NCBI GenBank assembly: GCA_010093705.1 | Contig: MU006090.1 | Span: 310,001-374,000, forward strand | DNA length: 64,000 bases | Source: Patellaria atrata CBS 101060 | Taxonomy: Eukaryota | Direction: 5' to 3' | In this document: piece after piece, positions 1 to 12,162 of the stretch | How the letters are laid out: each line of letters begins with the position of its first letter | Position numbering within the stretch: the first letter of the stretch is position 1 | Program-made: the position numbers and the translations under genes | The notes under the pieces: model-generated | Told to the model about the DNA's origin: nothing | The model's database searches: none | The model's input: only the letters and a program-made list of their open reading frames with translations

Positions 1-2035
1 AGAATAATAAGGACTACTTTTTACTCCACCACCACCAATATGACTCCAATTGAGGGCGCGCTTGAGAGTCTAAAGCTTCAAGATATCCCTAATATAACGC
101 AAACTGCAAAAGAGTATAATTGTGACCGCACGAAGTTGTCGCGGCGTTTTCGTAATGTCACTGTTTCCCGCGAGGTAGCAATCGAAAACTCTAAATTAAT
201 GACCGAGGCGCAGTCCAAAACACTTATTAAATATATCAATCGATTAACTGATCGTGCTTTCCCTCCTACGCCTGCAACTGTACGAAATCTGGCCGGCCAT
301 ATCGTTGGAAAAAGACCTGGAAATAGCTGGGTTACGAGGTGGTATGGGCGCTAAGGAGATCAGCTCAAATCTGGTTATCTCAGTCCTATTGATTTAGCCC
401 GTCATAAGGTCGATTAGGGACCGTTTTACAAGCTCTATTTCGAGCTCCTTAGGCGTAAGCTCGACAAGTTTAGTATCCTACCAGAAAATACGTACAATAT
501 GGATGAAAAGGGCTTCCTCATAGGTATGCTTAAAAAGTCACGTAGGATTTACAGCAAAGCTACTTTTGAAAGTGGGAGGGTCAAGGGAATTGCATAGGAC
601 GGAAATCGGGAGTGGATTACGGTCCTAGCTACTATCTATGCAGATGGAACAGCTATCCCTCCTGGGATCATCTACCCCTCGGTATCAGGAGCGATACAAG
701 ATACGTGGTTAGAGGGCTATCGACCGGAAGAGTAGGAGTGTTTTTTTACTGCTTCACCGACAGGATGGACTAATGACGAGCTCGGATTGAGGTGGTTGGA
801 GACCGTTTTTGACCGTTCTACTAAAACCAAAGCTAGTCGAGCTTGGAGGCTTCTTATCGTCGATGGCCATGGCTCCCATATCAATATGCCTTTTTTGGAG
901 TATTGTATAAGCAATAAGATCATATTAGCTAACTATCCTCCTCACTCTACGCANNNNNNNNNNNNNNNNNNNNNNNNNNNNNNNNNNNNNNNNNNNNNNN
1001 NNNNNNNNNNNNNNNNNNNNNNNNNNNNNNNNNNNNNNNNNNNNNNNNNNNNNNNNNNNNNNNNNNNNNNNNNNNNNNNNNNNNNNNNNNNNNNNNNNNN
1101 NNNNNNNNNNNNNNNNNNNNNNNNNNNNNNNNNNNNNNNNNNNNNNNNNNNNNNNNNNNNNNNNNNNNNNNNNNNNNNNNNNNNNNNNNNNNNNNNNNNN
1201 NNNNNNNNNNNNNNNNNNNNNNNNNNNNNNNNNNNNNNNNNNNNNNNNNNNNNNNNNNNNNNNNNNNNNNNNNNNNNNNNNNNNNNNNNNNNNNNNNNNN
1301 NNNNNNNNNNNNNNNNNNNNNNNNNNNNNNNNNNNNNNNNNNNNNNNNNNNNNNNNNNNNNNNNNNNNNNNNNNNNNNNNNNNNNNNNNNNNNNNNNNNN
1401 NNNNNNNNNNNNNNNNNNNNNNNNNNNNNNNNNNNNNNNNNNNNNNNNNNNNNNNNNNNNNNNNNNNNNNNNNNNNNNNNNNNNNNNNNNNNNNNNNNNN
1501 NNNNNNNNNNNNNNNNNNNNNNNNNNNNNNNNNNNNNNNNNNNNNNNNNNNNNNNNNNNNNNNNNNNNNNNNNNNNNNNNNNNNNNNNNNNNNNNNNNNN
1601 NNNNNNNNNNNNNNNNNNNNNNNNNNNNNNNNNNNNNNNNNNNNNNNNNNNNNNNNNNNNNNNNNNNNNNNNNNNNNNNNNNNNNNNNNNNNNNNNNNNN
1701 NNNNNNNNNNNNNNNNNNNNNNNNNNNNNNNNNNNNNNNNNNNNNNNNNNNNNNNNNNCGAAGCAGAAGAAGCAGATTGTTATACCACCAGCTATAGAAC
1801 TCTTAGATAATATTACTGAGGTAGTAGAGGTAGAAACGGTCAATCCCACGACTGGTCGGCCCCGACGGCAATCACGACTGCCACAGAGATTTCAGAGCCC
1901 TGATATATAGATAGACGGAAAGTACAGCTTCTTATTCACAACATCATGAAATTTAGTATAGATATATCAAATATGGAGCGAGTTGCATCATTTTCAAAAT
2001 CACTCTATGGGGTGCGATTTTTGGGGGGCGACTGT
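1..2035 (+). mobile_element. pogo/Fot1-like (Tc1/mariner superfamily) DNA transposon, RIP-inactivated; left end lies before the window, interior contains an N gap (953-1758)
   Basis: Transposase motifs: N-terminal HTH, YNMDEKGF, (Q)DGNREW, GWT, LLIVDGHGSH, PPHST. C-terminal GRPRRQSRLPQRF ends at TAG 1910. Candidate right TIR ...GGGGTGCGATTTTTGGGGGGCGACTG(T) ends ~2034-2035. Confidence 0.9.
40..1910 (+). pseudogene. DDE transposase pseudogene
   Basis: In-frame stops at 352 (TAA), 415, 595 and 733 (TAG), all explicable as CAR->TAR. The stop at 595 replaces Q of QDGNREW. Confidence 0.9.
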
Positions 2036-2222
2036 GCACGGTCTGAAACCGTGCACGACCTGAACAAGACCCTTAGTGTCTTGGCAAACCTTCTCCGCTC
2101 CACCCTACTGCCCATCCCCGCATTCTCCCCGCTTCAACTAACATTACGGTACCGTAGTCGAGAGTTAAGAATTGAAGAACAACGAGTGACTCTCGCAGCT
2201 TTGGATGTCCTGAGTCTTCATC

Positions 2223-3419
2223 ATGGCTGAAGCGTTAGATCAGCCTTCAGAAGCCCGCGAGGTAAGTTTCTTAATTTGTGCTGCAAGGGGAATTAAGTCT
2301 CTGGCAGGGGATGATCGGTCGTGGTGTTTGTACAACTGTTCAAGGGGCTTCTCTATGTACAGTACTTGGAGTCGTTGCGACATTTTATCTCCCGTGCGGC
2401 TTTTATGGAATTCTTTTGTGATCGTAAAGCTCTACGTATAACCTACCGCTAGAGAGACTTTGGTCTCGCGTGTGTAACTGAAAACCGATATCTAACACAT
2501 TAAATAGCGCCTTCGACAACACTTCCTGGGTCACGAGCCCTCTGAGCAGACATCTCAATGGGATGCGCTATGGAAGGCCGGTGATTTCCTACCTTGGGAT
2601 CGTGGTGGCCCGAACCCTGCACTTATAGATATACTCAACGATCGGCGTGATCTGATTGGGGATCCGTATGTTGTCCACATCGGAACTGAAGCACAAGGGC
2701 TGACTCTTCAGTAGTGAAATTGATGCTGCCCAAGATTCCGATTCGCAGAAGAGAAAAAGAGCACTAGTTCCTGGTTGTGGTAAAGGATATGATGTTCTTT
2801 TGCTGGCTAGCTTCGGGTACGATGCTGTGGGCTTAGATGTCAGCGAAAGTGCTCTTGAAGTCTGCAGGAAGTACGCTGCTAGCGATGAGATCGCGGGGAA
2901 GTATCCCGTCCGAGATCCTGCCTTAGGAAAGGGAGATGTAAAATTCGTACTTGGTGACTTCTTCAAGGATAACTGGGTCGACGAAGCCAATGAAGATTGG
3001 GCTGTGGGTAACTGGGATCTGATATACGACTACACCGTAGGGTGTCCTCTACACTCTCTCGTGGATTTACTGATATCGGCGAATAGTTCCTTTCCGCTTT
3101 GCCGCCTTCTCTCCGACCTGCTTGGTCAGGACGGATGTCTGATCTCTTAGCTGCGAACGGTATACTAATATGTCTCGAGTTTCCCACTTACAAGCCTCCA
3201 TCGACTGGTGGTCCTCCATGGGCATTGCCACCTACGGTGTACTTACAACATTTGAGTCGACCAGGTGAAAAGATTGAATATGACGAAGAAGGATACGTCG
3301 TAGAGAGCGACAAGACCAACCAAATGGCGCTGAAGAGAATCGCTCATTGGCAACCGGAAAGAACACATGACGTAGGGAAGGGGACGGATTGGGTCAGCGT
3401 CTGGAAACACCAACAATGA
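2223..3419 (+). CDS. SAM-dependent thiol/halide methyltransferase (TPMT-like family); exons 2223-2261, 2508-2665, 2712-3036, 3087-3419
   Basis: Spliced protein has WDALWKAGDFLPWDRG, ALVPGCGKGYD, GDFF, DLIYDYTFLSALPP and GGPPWAL; canonical GT-AG introns keep the frame. Confidence 0.88.
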
Positions 3420-3495
3420 ACGGTTGTGGTCCTGAAACCGTGGGTCACTTGATGAAATCCAGTACATAAGCTTTACAAAGGTTCATATAGCGGTT

Positions 3496-4479
3496 TTATA
3501 TTTTCTTTCTTAGCGAATTGTAATGCTCGCCTAGTCCAAACCCATGCCGATAGTATCCCAGCCAAATGTCTTTATCCTCATTCTTGTCACCGTCCGGAGC
3601 AATGACAACCACATTACCATCTCCATGTAAAACATGTATCTTCACTCCGTATGTTCGTGCTAGTGCGAGTAACTCCAGCTGTCCGCCCCACTCACCCGTC
3701 TGCTTGATCTTCCTAACGTAGTCCTGTAGAGGTTCCTCTAAGAAGGGTACAAAGTCGTCTGGATTGGACTCAATATAATCTGCCGCTGCTTCTCGAATAG
3801 TCTTATATGCTTCCGATTTATTGGGCAGATCTCCAGCTCTTTCGAGTTTTGGCCGAATCGAAGGTTGATCGGCAGGCGAGAGTCCCAGCCCAAGACAATC
3901 CAGCTGGTCTGCGAAGGCAGAATAGAGACAATGACCATCTGCCCGTACCTCTTTCTCTTGGAGGGCTCTTTCTTCTAACTGTTTATTCATACGTTTTCTT
4001 TCCAACTCCTTTTGATTTGGAAGATTTGCGGCTTCTTCTGCAGCGAGAACCGCAGCAGCCTTCTGTTCAGCAGCACGGCGAGCAAGGCGAGCCTTTTGGC
4101 GATTAGGTTTCTTACGTGCCTGAGGTTCTGGGGGGGGCGAATCTATGGACCGACCAGAGGAAAGGGATGGTGTGTCAATTTGACTGTTCTCACCGTTAGG
4201 CGTAGGGTATGAGGGTATGGCGGTGAGTGCTTCTGTAGCATCTCCATTGATATCCTCTGCGACTTCATCTTCCGATACCTGCTCATTAGGCCTATTACCG
4301 TCGAAGTTTGTCAATTCTAATAACTCTCTTGTATGTCGTTCTTTGAGCTCCGTTTCAAGTGTAGCACATTCATCATTTACACCTTTCCTAGTTTTCTTTG
4401 TCGCGGACTTCTTCTTCTGGGTTATTCTGGCTTGAAGATCCCTCTGCTCCTTACGGTGACGAGCTTGTAGCTCCTCCAT
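3496..4479 (-). CDS. OTU2: OTU-domain deubiquitinase (Otu2/OTUD6B-like)
   Basis: MEELQARHRKEQRDLQ N-terminus; catalytic motifs DGHCLY, WGGQLEL, LGEHYNSLR. Confidence 0.9.
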   Translation of the reverse strand: MEELQARHRKEQRDLQARITQKKKSATKKTRKGVNDECATLETELKERHTRELLELTNFDGNRPNEQVSEDEVAEDINGDATEALTAIPSYPTPNGENSQIDTPSLSSGRSIDSPPPEPQARKKPNRQKARLARRAAEQKAAAVLAAEEAANLPNQKELERKRMNKQLEERALQEKEVRADGHCLYSAFADQLDCLGLGLSPADQPSIRPKLERAGDLPNKSEAYKTIREAAADYIESNPDDFVPFLEEPLQDYVRKIKQTGEWGGQLELLALARTYGVKIHVLHGDGNVVVIAPDGDKNEDKDIWLGYYRHGFGLGEHYNSLRKKI

Positions 4480-4777
4480 GTGGTCCTCTGCGCGTTTTGA
4501 CCTAAAAGTCTTGTTTACCGCATTGGAAGAGATGAAGTTGACGTCTGATGTTCGAACTTCTTGCAGTTGTTCCGACGAAACTCCGTGCCTCGGCTTCTTC
4601 ATGCTCCCTGTTGAAGCTCGGTGAGGTAAGGTGCTGTACAGTAAGAGCAGAGAATTAATACATTCACAGGGGATTCTATACTTTAAAGAATAATTCTGCA
4701 GCTTCAAGATTGGGTTTCTAGTTTAGATAGCACTCTATCAGCCTACCTGTCTCTTGTGTTGAAATATTAGTGCGATT

Positions 4778-5796
4778 ATGGAGATCCCCGAACTCTTCTC
4801 TGTCAAGGTAAGTTTGCTTCGTCTCCTCTTCATCCTCTACATATTACGTCCCTTCAATTTTACTCTCGTTCCCATTGGTATAACACTATGAATGTTCTCT
4901 TAAACCCTTCTTAGGACAAAGTCGTCCTTGTCACAGGTGGTGCCAAAGGAATTGGCCGGATGATTTCTGAAGGGTTCGTCCGAAATGGTTCCAAAGTCTA
5001 CATCTCCTCCCGCGATGCGAAAGCATGCGAAGCTGCCTGCAAGGAGTTGAACGCTCTAGGGAAGGGCTCAGCGCACTATATACCAGCGGATTTCTACAAA
5101 TTAGATGATTGTAAGAAACTTGCCGAAGAGTTCGGGAAACGCGAGAAGAGTACGTAACATCAGCTCTTCCTACCTCTGCATGACCCTTTTAGACCATTTG
5201 TGAAAAACCCATCATATTCGAACATTCGTAGAAACCAGCGGTAGCATGATAAACTGACACACCTCTTCATAGAACTCGACATTCTTGTGAACAATAGCGG
5301 CTCCAACTGGGGAGCTGGTTACGATGAATACCCAGACAGTGCATGGATACGAGTCCTTACCCTCAACCTCCATCGAGTATTTACCGTAACTCAGCTTCTC
5401 ACACCGTATCTTGAAGCCGCAGCTTCAAAATCATCGCCTTCTCGGATCATCAATATCGGGTCAGTTGATGGTCTACGCGTCCCAAACCTCGAGACATACG
5501 CCTACTCTTCATCAAAGGCCGGGTTACACCACCTTTCTCGTGTACTAGCAAACCACTTGGGAAGAAGAAATATTACCAGTAATACTCTGGCATGCGGCCC
5601 ATTTGAGAGCAAAATGATGAAGGCTACACTGGAGAAGTTTAGAGAAAGTATTGAGTCAGCGGCACCCCTAGGTAGAATAGGGTCCCCAGAGGATGTAGCA
5701 GGAGCATGTATATTCTTAGGGAGCCGAGCGGGAGCATATATTAACGGAGCAACAATCACCGTTGATGGAGGGACGGTTATCGGAAGTAAGTTGTAG
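4778..5796 (+). CDS. Short-chain dehydrogenase/reductase; exons 4778-4807, 4915-5149, 5273-5796
   Basis: TGGAKGIG, LVNNSG, YSSSK (YxxxK), PLGRIG, VDGG. Confidence 0.92.
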
Positions 5797-6837
5797 TGTG
5801 CTAACCGTATTTAACGAGTCACCGAAGACAAATGTAACATATAAAAGAGAACATTATGTCACTCTCCCTTTGTCTCTTGTAACTGCCTTCTACTCGGTCA
5901 TGGGATAGCGCCATCTCTCCACGCAAGTACCATGTACCTAGTCACAGTCCAATCTCCTCGTTTGCCATACAGTTACCGTGTACATCAGCGTTCTACTCCC
6001 ACCTTTTGAAGCATTGCTGAGCATCCTCTGGTTATACAGTTCCGATATATGTACAGAGTCATTTCTATTATACAGTCGGTTCATTTGGTACAGTGAGTTT
6101 CTTTCGTACAGTCAGCTCATCTGGTCCGAATCAGCCCATCTCTTCCGATCAGTTCATTTCGTAATCATTCTCCTATGTGACCTTTAGAAGATGGATCGAT
6201 GTGCCTTGCTCTCGGTTATCATCGCCGACGATAGACGTTGACCTACTTACCCGCAGTATCCACAACAATTAAACGGCAGTTGGTACTGTACAAGGACATT
6301 ACACAAATTTTCGAGCGGCACTACTTGGGAGCTCTAGGTTCAATTTGACGCTCGAAAGAATGTGAAGCCCGAGATGATAAGCCTGAACGTAAAGTGGTGG
6401 ATACAGATAGCATAGACAACAAATGTACACAATAGCCCAGAGTTGTTTCTAACTATTCGTCAACTTGAGGGAGCGTACTGAGTGATTCTAGGGAGAATCT
6501 CGTATCTGTGCTGCATGAAAATTGCATCAGTACATGTGAGCACGAAAAACGAATATGAAGAGATAGCGATATATCAATGATTATAGGAATAGGGAGCTCA
6601 AGTACTTTGTTTTTCTTATCACGCAATATTGAAGTCTTCGAATTCCTAGGCGTACGCAGTTGCCAGATGAGAGACCTGAAGACGATTGGTCGATCTCGCC
6701 GGTTTCGCTGATCCCTGCAGGCGCACGACCGCGGAGATTTGCGAATTCCCATCTTTCACAATCTGACAATCGAGAGCTGAGACGAATGTTGGGACCTGCC
6801 TCCCGTCTCTCTTCCTATATCACCACTGACGTACCTC

Positions 6838-7701
6838 ATGTCCATACCCTCCTACGCCTCCTTTATCAATAGGAGTATATCCGTGATTCCATTAATACCC
6901 TACAGATCAACCCGCTATTTCCCCTCTTCTTCTTCCTTCCATCGTTCTAATCAACGATTCTCGCTACCTGCAAAGCATACTCGATATCGTGCCTTACACC
7001 TTTCTCCCTCGTTACACGCCATGACAGAGCAAGAAAAAGAGCGTGTCAATGAGCACCTTAAGGCAACTCATGATCGTATCTTCGAATCGAACAGAGCTTG
7101 GGCCTCGAAATGTCTGGACAAAGATCCCGAATTCTTTGCAAAACTGAATTCCGGACAGCAGCCCGACTACTTGTACATCGGATGCTCCGATTCTCGTATT
7201 CCGGCCAACGAAATCATGGGCCTCGAGGCAGGTGAAGTGTTCATGCATCGAAATATCGCGAACCTAGTGAATAGCATAGACTTGAATATTATGAGTGTGA
7301 TCAACTACGCCGTACGACATCTCCGGGTAAAGCATATCGTTGTATGTGGACACTACAATTGTGGAGGGGTCAAAGCAGCTATGACTCCGGCTGACTTGGG
7401 TCTCTTGAATCCATGGTTGAGAAATATCCGCGATGTATATCGTTTGCATGAGCAGGAGTTGGATGGTATCACGGACGACGCGAAGAGGTATGACCGCTTA
7501 GCTGAGCTGAACGTTCTGGAGCAGGCCAGGAACGTTGTCAAGACGGCCGCGGTGCAAAAGAGTTACAAGGACGATGGATATCCCATAGTGCACGCATGGA
7601 TCTTTGACTTCAAGGATGGGCTACTGAAGGATCTGAAATTGGACTTTGAAGGGACATTGAAGAGCATCCAGAAGATTTACAATCTCACTGGGGGCGATTG
7701 A
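6838..7701 (+). CDS. Beta-class carbonic anhydrase with probable N-terminal mitochondrial presequence (second in-frame ATG at 7021)
   Basis: Zn-binding GCSDSR and CGHYNCGG motifs, HRNIAN; N-terminal ~60 aa is Arg/Ser-rich and free of acidic residues. Confidence 0.92.
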   Translation: MSIPSYASFINRSISVIPLIPYRSTRYFPSSSSFHRSNQRFSLPAKHTRYRALHLSPSLHAMTEQEKERVNEHLKATHDRIFESNRAWASKCLDKDPEFFAKLNSGQQPDYLYIGCSDSRIPANEIMGLEAGEVFMHRNIANLVNSIDLNIMSVINYAVRHLRVKHIVVCGHYNCGGVKAAMTPADLGLLNPWLRNIRDVYRLHEQELDGITDDAKRYDRLAELNVLEQARNVVKTAAVQKSYKDDGYPIVHAWIFDFKDGLLKDLKLDFEGTLKSIQKIYNLTGGD

Positions 7702-8819
7702 TTTTTGTCATAATTGGAACGACGAATGGGAAAACGTTTCTTGGAACTTTTACCGTACAGCTATACCTCCGCGACTATAACATGGCCGAAGAACTTCAGT
7801 AACATAACATGCTTGCGCTTGCATCTCTCTGTTTCCTGTAGAGTCTGTCGCAGGGCCACTTCGCTATGGATATCATTCTTCGTACGTATGTTTTTATGGG
7901 GTTTCGGAGACTTGACTCTTTTGGTGGGCAGCGGTACTATTAACCTCGTTATTCCCTTGGGGGAACCATATGCAGTCGGCCTGTAACTTAGCAATACTAC
8001 TAAGCTATGGAACAGAATGGAAAGAAGAGGATAGGTCAAAGGTGGTCGCTCCGACGGGCAGAGAGACAACTGTCCCGATCGATCTACTCATACAGTTATA
8101 GGTCGGCAGGAAGACCCGCCCCATGGCCCAACGTACAGTACAGTACAGTACCCAGTCCTTATTTCTTGAAATATTTCCCCAGATGTTTCGAAATCGCGGG
8201 GATGCCAATTGCCAATATCCTTGCACCTTTGGTGGGCCTTAAACCGGGTGTCTTTTACAACTACAACTACGCCCTCTCTAGACCTCAACGCTGGGAACTG
8301 TAAGGTATTTCCCTTCTTGTTCCTATTCTACACCAATCCGTACTCATACTGTCAAGTTAAGCAGTCTTACTTAATACAATTTCATGTATTTAATTTTCCC
8401 AAATCTGCGTTTTCACCTGCTTCACGCTTGATTTTTTTGATTTTCACTAGTCGCCTCAATCAACGGTCGTTAATGCTCCCCACACTCGCCAGATAGATTG
8501 CTAGCAGCGCTATTCCGTCATTTTATATGAATATCCATTTATGACCCCTGCATTAAAGTCCCGTGGCCAACCAACGAGAGCATTCACATCTCACAGTTTT
8601 CACTATAGCGTTGCTGCCCAGCATGACCACCATGTCCTCAAATTATCGAAATCGCTATATCTCAGATGAATCGTCTTAGGCTTCTCGGCCCGCACCCGGC
8701 CAGCTTGGCCTCAATGGCAAGATAAATACTGTCCTTGGATCCTTTTGCACTACTTCGCCACGTCAAACCATTCGCTCACTCTCTGCTTCTTTCTATTACA
8801 ATCATTCCAAAACTTCACA

Positions 8820-9626
8820 ATGAAGACCGCCTTCGTCCTCCTCGCAGCCATCGGCTCTGCCGCCGCACATTCGACATGGCAAGACCTTTGGGTTGGTAGC
8901 GAAGACAAAGGAACGACATGCACACGCGTTGTCAGGGACAACTCTCCAATCACAAGCGTGACCAACGCGGATATGTTCTGCGGTCGTGGACCAGCATCCA
9001 GCCCCAATGTCTGCGATGTCCAAGGTACGTTTGTTTCTGATCCGCTCTATCCCTAGAACTCCCAACTAATGACCAATTTCAGCCGGATCCTCCCTCACAG
9101 TCGAGATGCACGCGCAACCCGGCCAGCGATCCTGCTCCCAACCCGCCATCGGCGGAAACCACTATGGCCCAGTGCTGATCTACATGGGCAAAGTCAGCGA
9201 CGCCAAGACCGCGAATTCTGGCGTCTCCTGGTTCAAGGTTGCGGAGGACGGCTACACTGGCACCACCGCCTCGTGGGGAACCGAGATCCTCAACGCGAAC
9301 TGTGGCAAGCGCGCCTTCACCGTACCGAAGTCCCTCGCCTCCGGCAACTACCTCGTTCGTGCCGAGGCCATCGCGCTCCACGCCGGTGCCGGAAATCCCC
9401 AACCATACGTCTCTTGCTTCCAGGTAAATGTTGTCGGTGGTGGTTCTGCTAGCCCTCCAGGCGTGTCGTTCCCCGGTGCCTACAAGACCAAGTAAGATAA
9501 ACTCCCCTTATGCCTATCAAAGTGACTTCATACTGACAAACTTACAGTGACGCGCTCTTCTCCAAGGCCATCTATGACCCCAGCTTCCAGTACGTCAGCC
9601 CTGGCCCAAAGGTCTGGACCGGATAA
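8820..9626 (+). CDS. AA9 lytic polysaccharide monooxygenase (secreted, no CBM); exons 8820-9024, 9083-9491, 9548-9626
   Basis: Signal peptide followed by His1 (HSTWQ), second His in GNHYGP, GNYLVRAEAIALH, Q-x-Y (QPYVSC), C-terminal PGPKVWTG. Confidence 0.93.
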
Positions 9627-11516
9627 GCGGTTGAAGTTTTTGTTCACCGGCATTTTTGTGTTATGTATAAGGATATCATTGCATATAGTCGAGCATTTTA
9701 AACAATTCAATTGTATATGAATTTACTTCGATCCGATGATACGCATCATTGACCTTGATCCTTATAGTGATGACGGAGATGATATTAATTGCTCTGACAA
9801 GCTAGTACGATAAATGATGTCACTTACACTATCATGTCAATTTTAGCTATTACGGTGTCGATAGCACAAGCCATAAGCATTCTTTCACATAACTTATACT
9901 CATTCACCTTTACGCAGCCTAAAGGATCGCTTCGATCCGTCTACTTCACCGAGCAACCTTGTCATTCTCTCCTACTTCCTTCTATGGAACGCTCTGAATT
10001 CGGTATATCCCATCATGGCTGGGCCCATTGAAATGGCTTCGAGAGATGTTGTTTTCAGATGTTACTCAAATCTATACCCGTCCATACTCTTTACCCCAAC
10101 CCTCATATAAACAACAGTCCTCGCAACCATGAAGTCAAACACGCAGTTAAGATCCCCAAGCGTGAGGCTCACCACAGCCGAGTCATCGGAGCTTCGGCGC
10201 GATATACTCTGGTTTCAAGCCGGACCCCCGAGACATCTGGAAAGACGATGATATCAAGAGGCCGAAGTGGGGAGCTCCACGATAGTTCTGTTTCCGACCG
10301 AACAGATTTCATTCGAGCACAGGTGGCTTGAAATACCGTAATCTGTCTCCTAACCACCGTTTTGACTCCCAGCCGCGTACGGGGTATAGAGTAGTAGAGG
10401 ACTCCATCACATCCCACATCCCACGACGCGTTCTTATACTTCTATCCTCACCTCGTCTTCCATCCATCCTTTCCAGAACCCAAACCAAAACCGCAGATAA
10501 GAAAACCTTCCTCCATCAACTTGGACAAATCGGCTCGACGTGACAATTCCCGGGGTAATATTCCCGTTATTTGCCGAGATGTGGATCCAGGGTTTGGAAT
10601 AGATAAGCTTAAATTAAGCGTAAGGGGAATGAGCATTTCGATTGGTTGGTTCGTTTGCGGCGAGTGTGAAACTTTTCCCACCCCCGGTTATCGACAATAT
10701 GGGGAGTCTTTGGATTGAGGATACGCTGGAAGAATCGTGGAATGATCAGGAGAGATTCGAATAATCCTTCGACGTAGTATTGTCTATGACTTTTTTTTAC
10801 AATGCAAAGTTCCGGGATGTGGGTTTGATTCCACTCATCGCCCTTTGAACTACAACAAACGGGTATCCTCAAATCTCGCAGAAGCAGGAACCGTCAATCA
10901 CAGTCTATTCAAGCCGAAAGTCCATAACTGCCGGGCAGCTCCGCACCCAGGGTGCAACAGCAACCCCAAGCGGGGCAAAAGATCCCCCAACAATAGGTTC
11001 CACAATCCGCTGGATAAAATCCTCAGATTAAAAGTCTCCTGTCCTTTCTTACCTGGAACGCATTTTCCTATCGCGAAAGGTCTCGTCCCGGATCCGCACC
11101 GGTGAGGGGAATAACTCGTTAAAAAGGCTTGAACCCGCCATCTACAACTGTTACCGGCAGGATAAGGGAGTATTTGCGGGTTGGTGAATGAGAGAGTTTT
11201 ATGTTGCCCAGAGTCCTTTGATGGAAATGTTATGCGCCCAGCCCACGTGAAGGATATGGCAAAGAGAAGTAGTCTTATTGCTTCGGAATATGCGTTGCGG
11301 GGTAACCACTATGACTGAACTCAAATCCTCTCATCCCGCTAATATTCCTATTCTCCGCTTAAATGGAAATCAGGTCAATCTCCCCCTATAGTCCCCGTCG
11401 GTGGTAAAATCTTGGGAGCCATAATAAATAGAAATGGAACCGCCGTTGCCACTGTCGCCGCCCTTTGGTTACCTGGTTAGACACATTCGTTCTTTGAGTG
11501 AGCCTCCATAGCAATC

Positions 11517-12162
11517 ATGAAGGTCCTCGCTCTTCTCTCCGTCTCGGCTGCCGTTCTGGTCGGGCAAGCTGCCGCGTCCCTCAATTGCACGGTCACAGCT
11601 CCGACTGTGACCCAACGTTACTGCGAGTGGGAAGGTTGCCAGGTCTTCGCCACCGCGGTTGCGAACAAGACCATCCACGCTGGTTGCCGTGCTGATTGCA
11701 GCACAAACGAGGAGTAAGTACCCCTTCCCACCGCTACTGTCGCTGCTATGTGTTTTCCTTAGGTGCTGACTGTGATGTCTTAGCCCCTGGTTCCAGCTCT
11801 ATGACGGTTCCTTCCTCCGCACTAACGAGCTTTCCGGCTGCAGATATCACTGCTTGCCATATGCTATAACTGGTAAGCCACTTCCTCTCACCCCTTTATC
11901 CTCCACCCTATCCATACCAAAGCAAGAATATTTCTTACTCTTTCAAGGTCTTCCATACTGCTGGGAAGAGCGCAACTTGCCCTCGCCAACAAACTGCGCC
12001 GCCTCTTCTTCCTCTGGCCTAGCTAGTGCCATTCCCGCCTACGGGACCCTCGGTCCCGAGCCCCCGCCATTCGGCAACCAGGGCCCATGCTCGCTCGATA
12101 CCCGTGCCCCATTCAGGGCGGTGATGACGCCGGCACCGAGGATGGTAGAGTGGAAGGCATAA
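11517..12162 (+). CDS. Small secreted cysteine-rich protein (~167 aa); exons 11517-11713, 11784-11872, 11948-12162
   Basis: Signal peptide MKVLALLSVSAAVLVGQAAA; two GT-AG introns give one continuous frame with 10 Cys; TATA-like ATAAATA at ~11424. Confidence 0.75.

Noticed and set aside
787..1849. 336-aa and 300-aa ORFs across the N run
   Set aside because: Artefacts of translating an assembly gap.
4480..4707. N-terminal extensions in the ORF track (OTU2; likewise 30392-30469, 49743-49777, 63342-63641)
   Set aside because: They run from non-ATG or upstream starts through promoter/UTR; the conserved N-termini begin at downstream ATGs.
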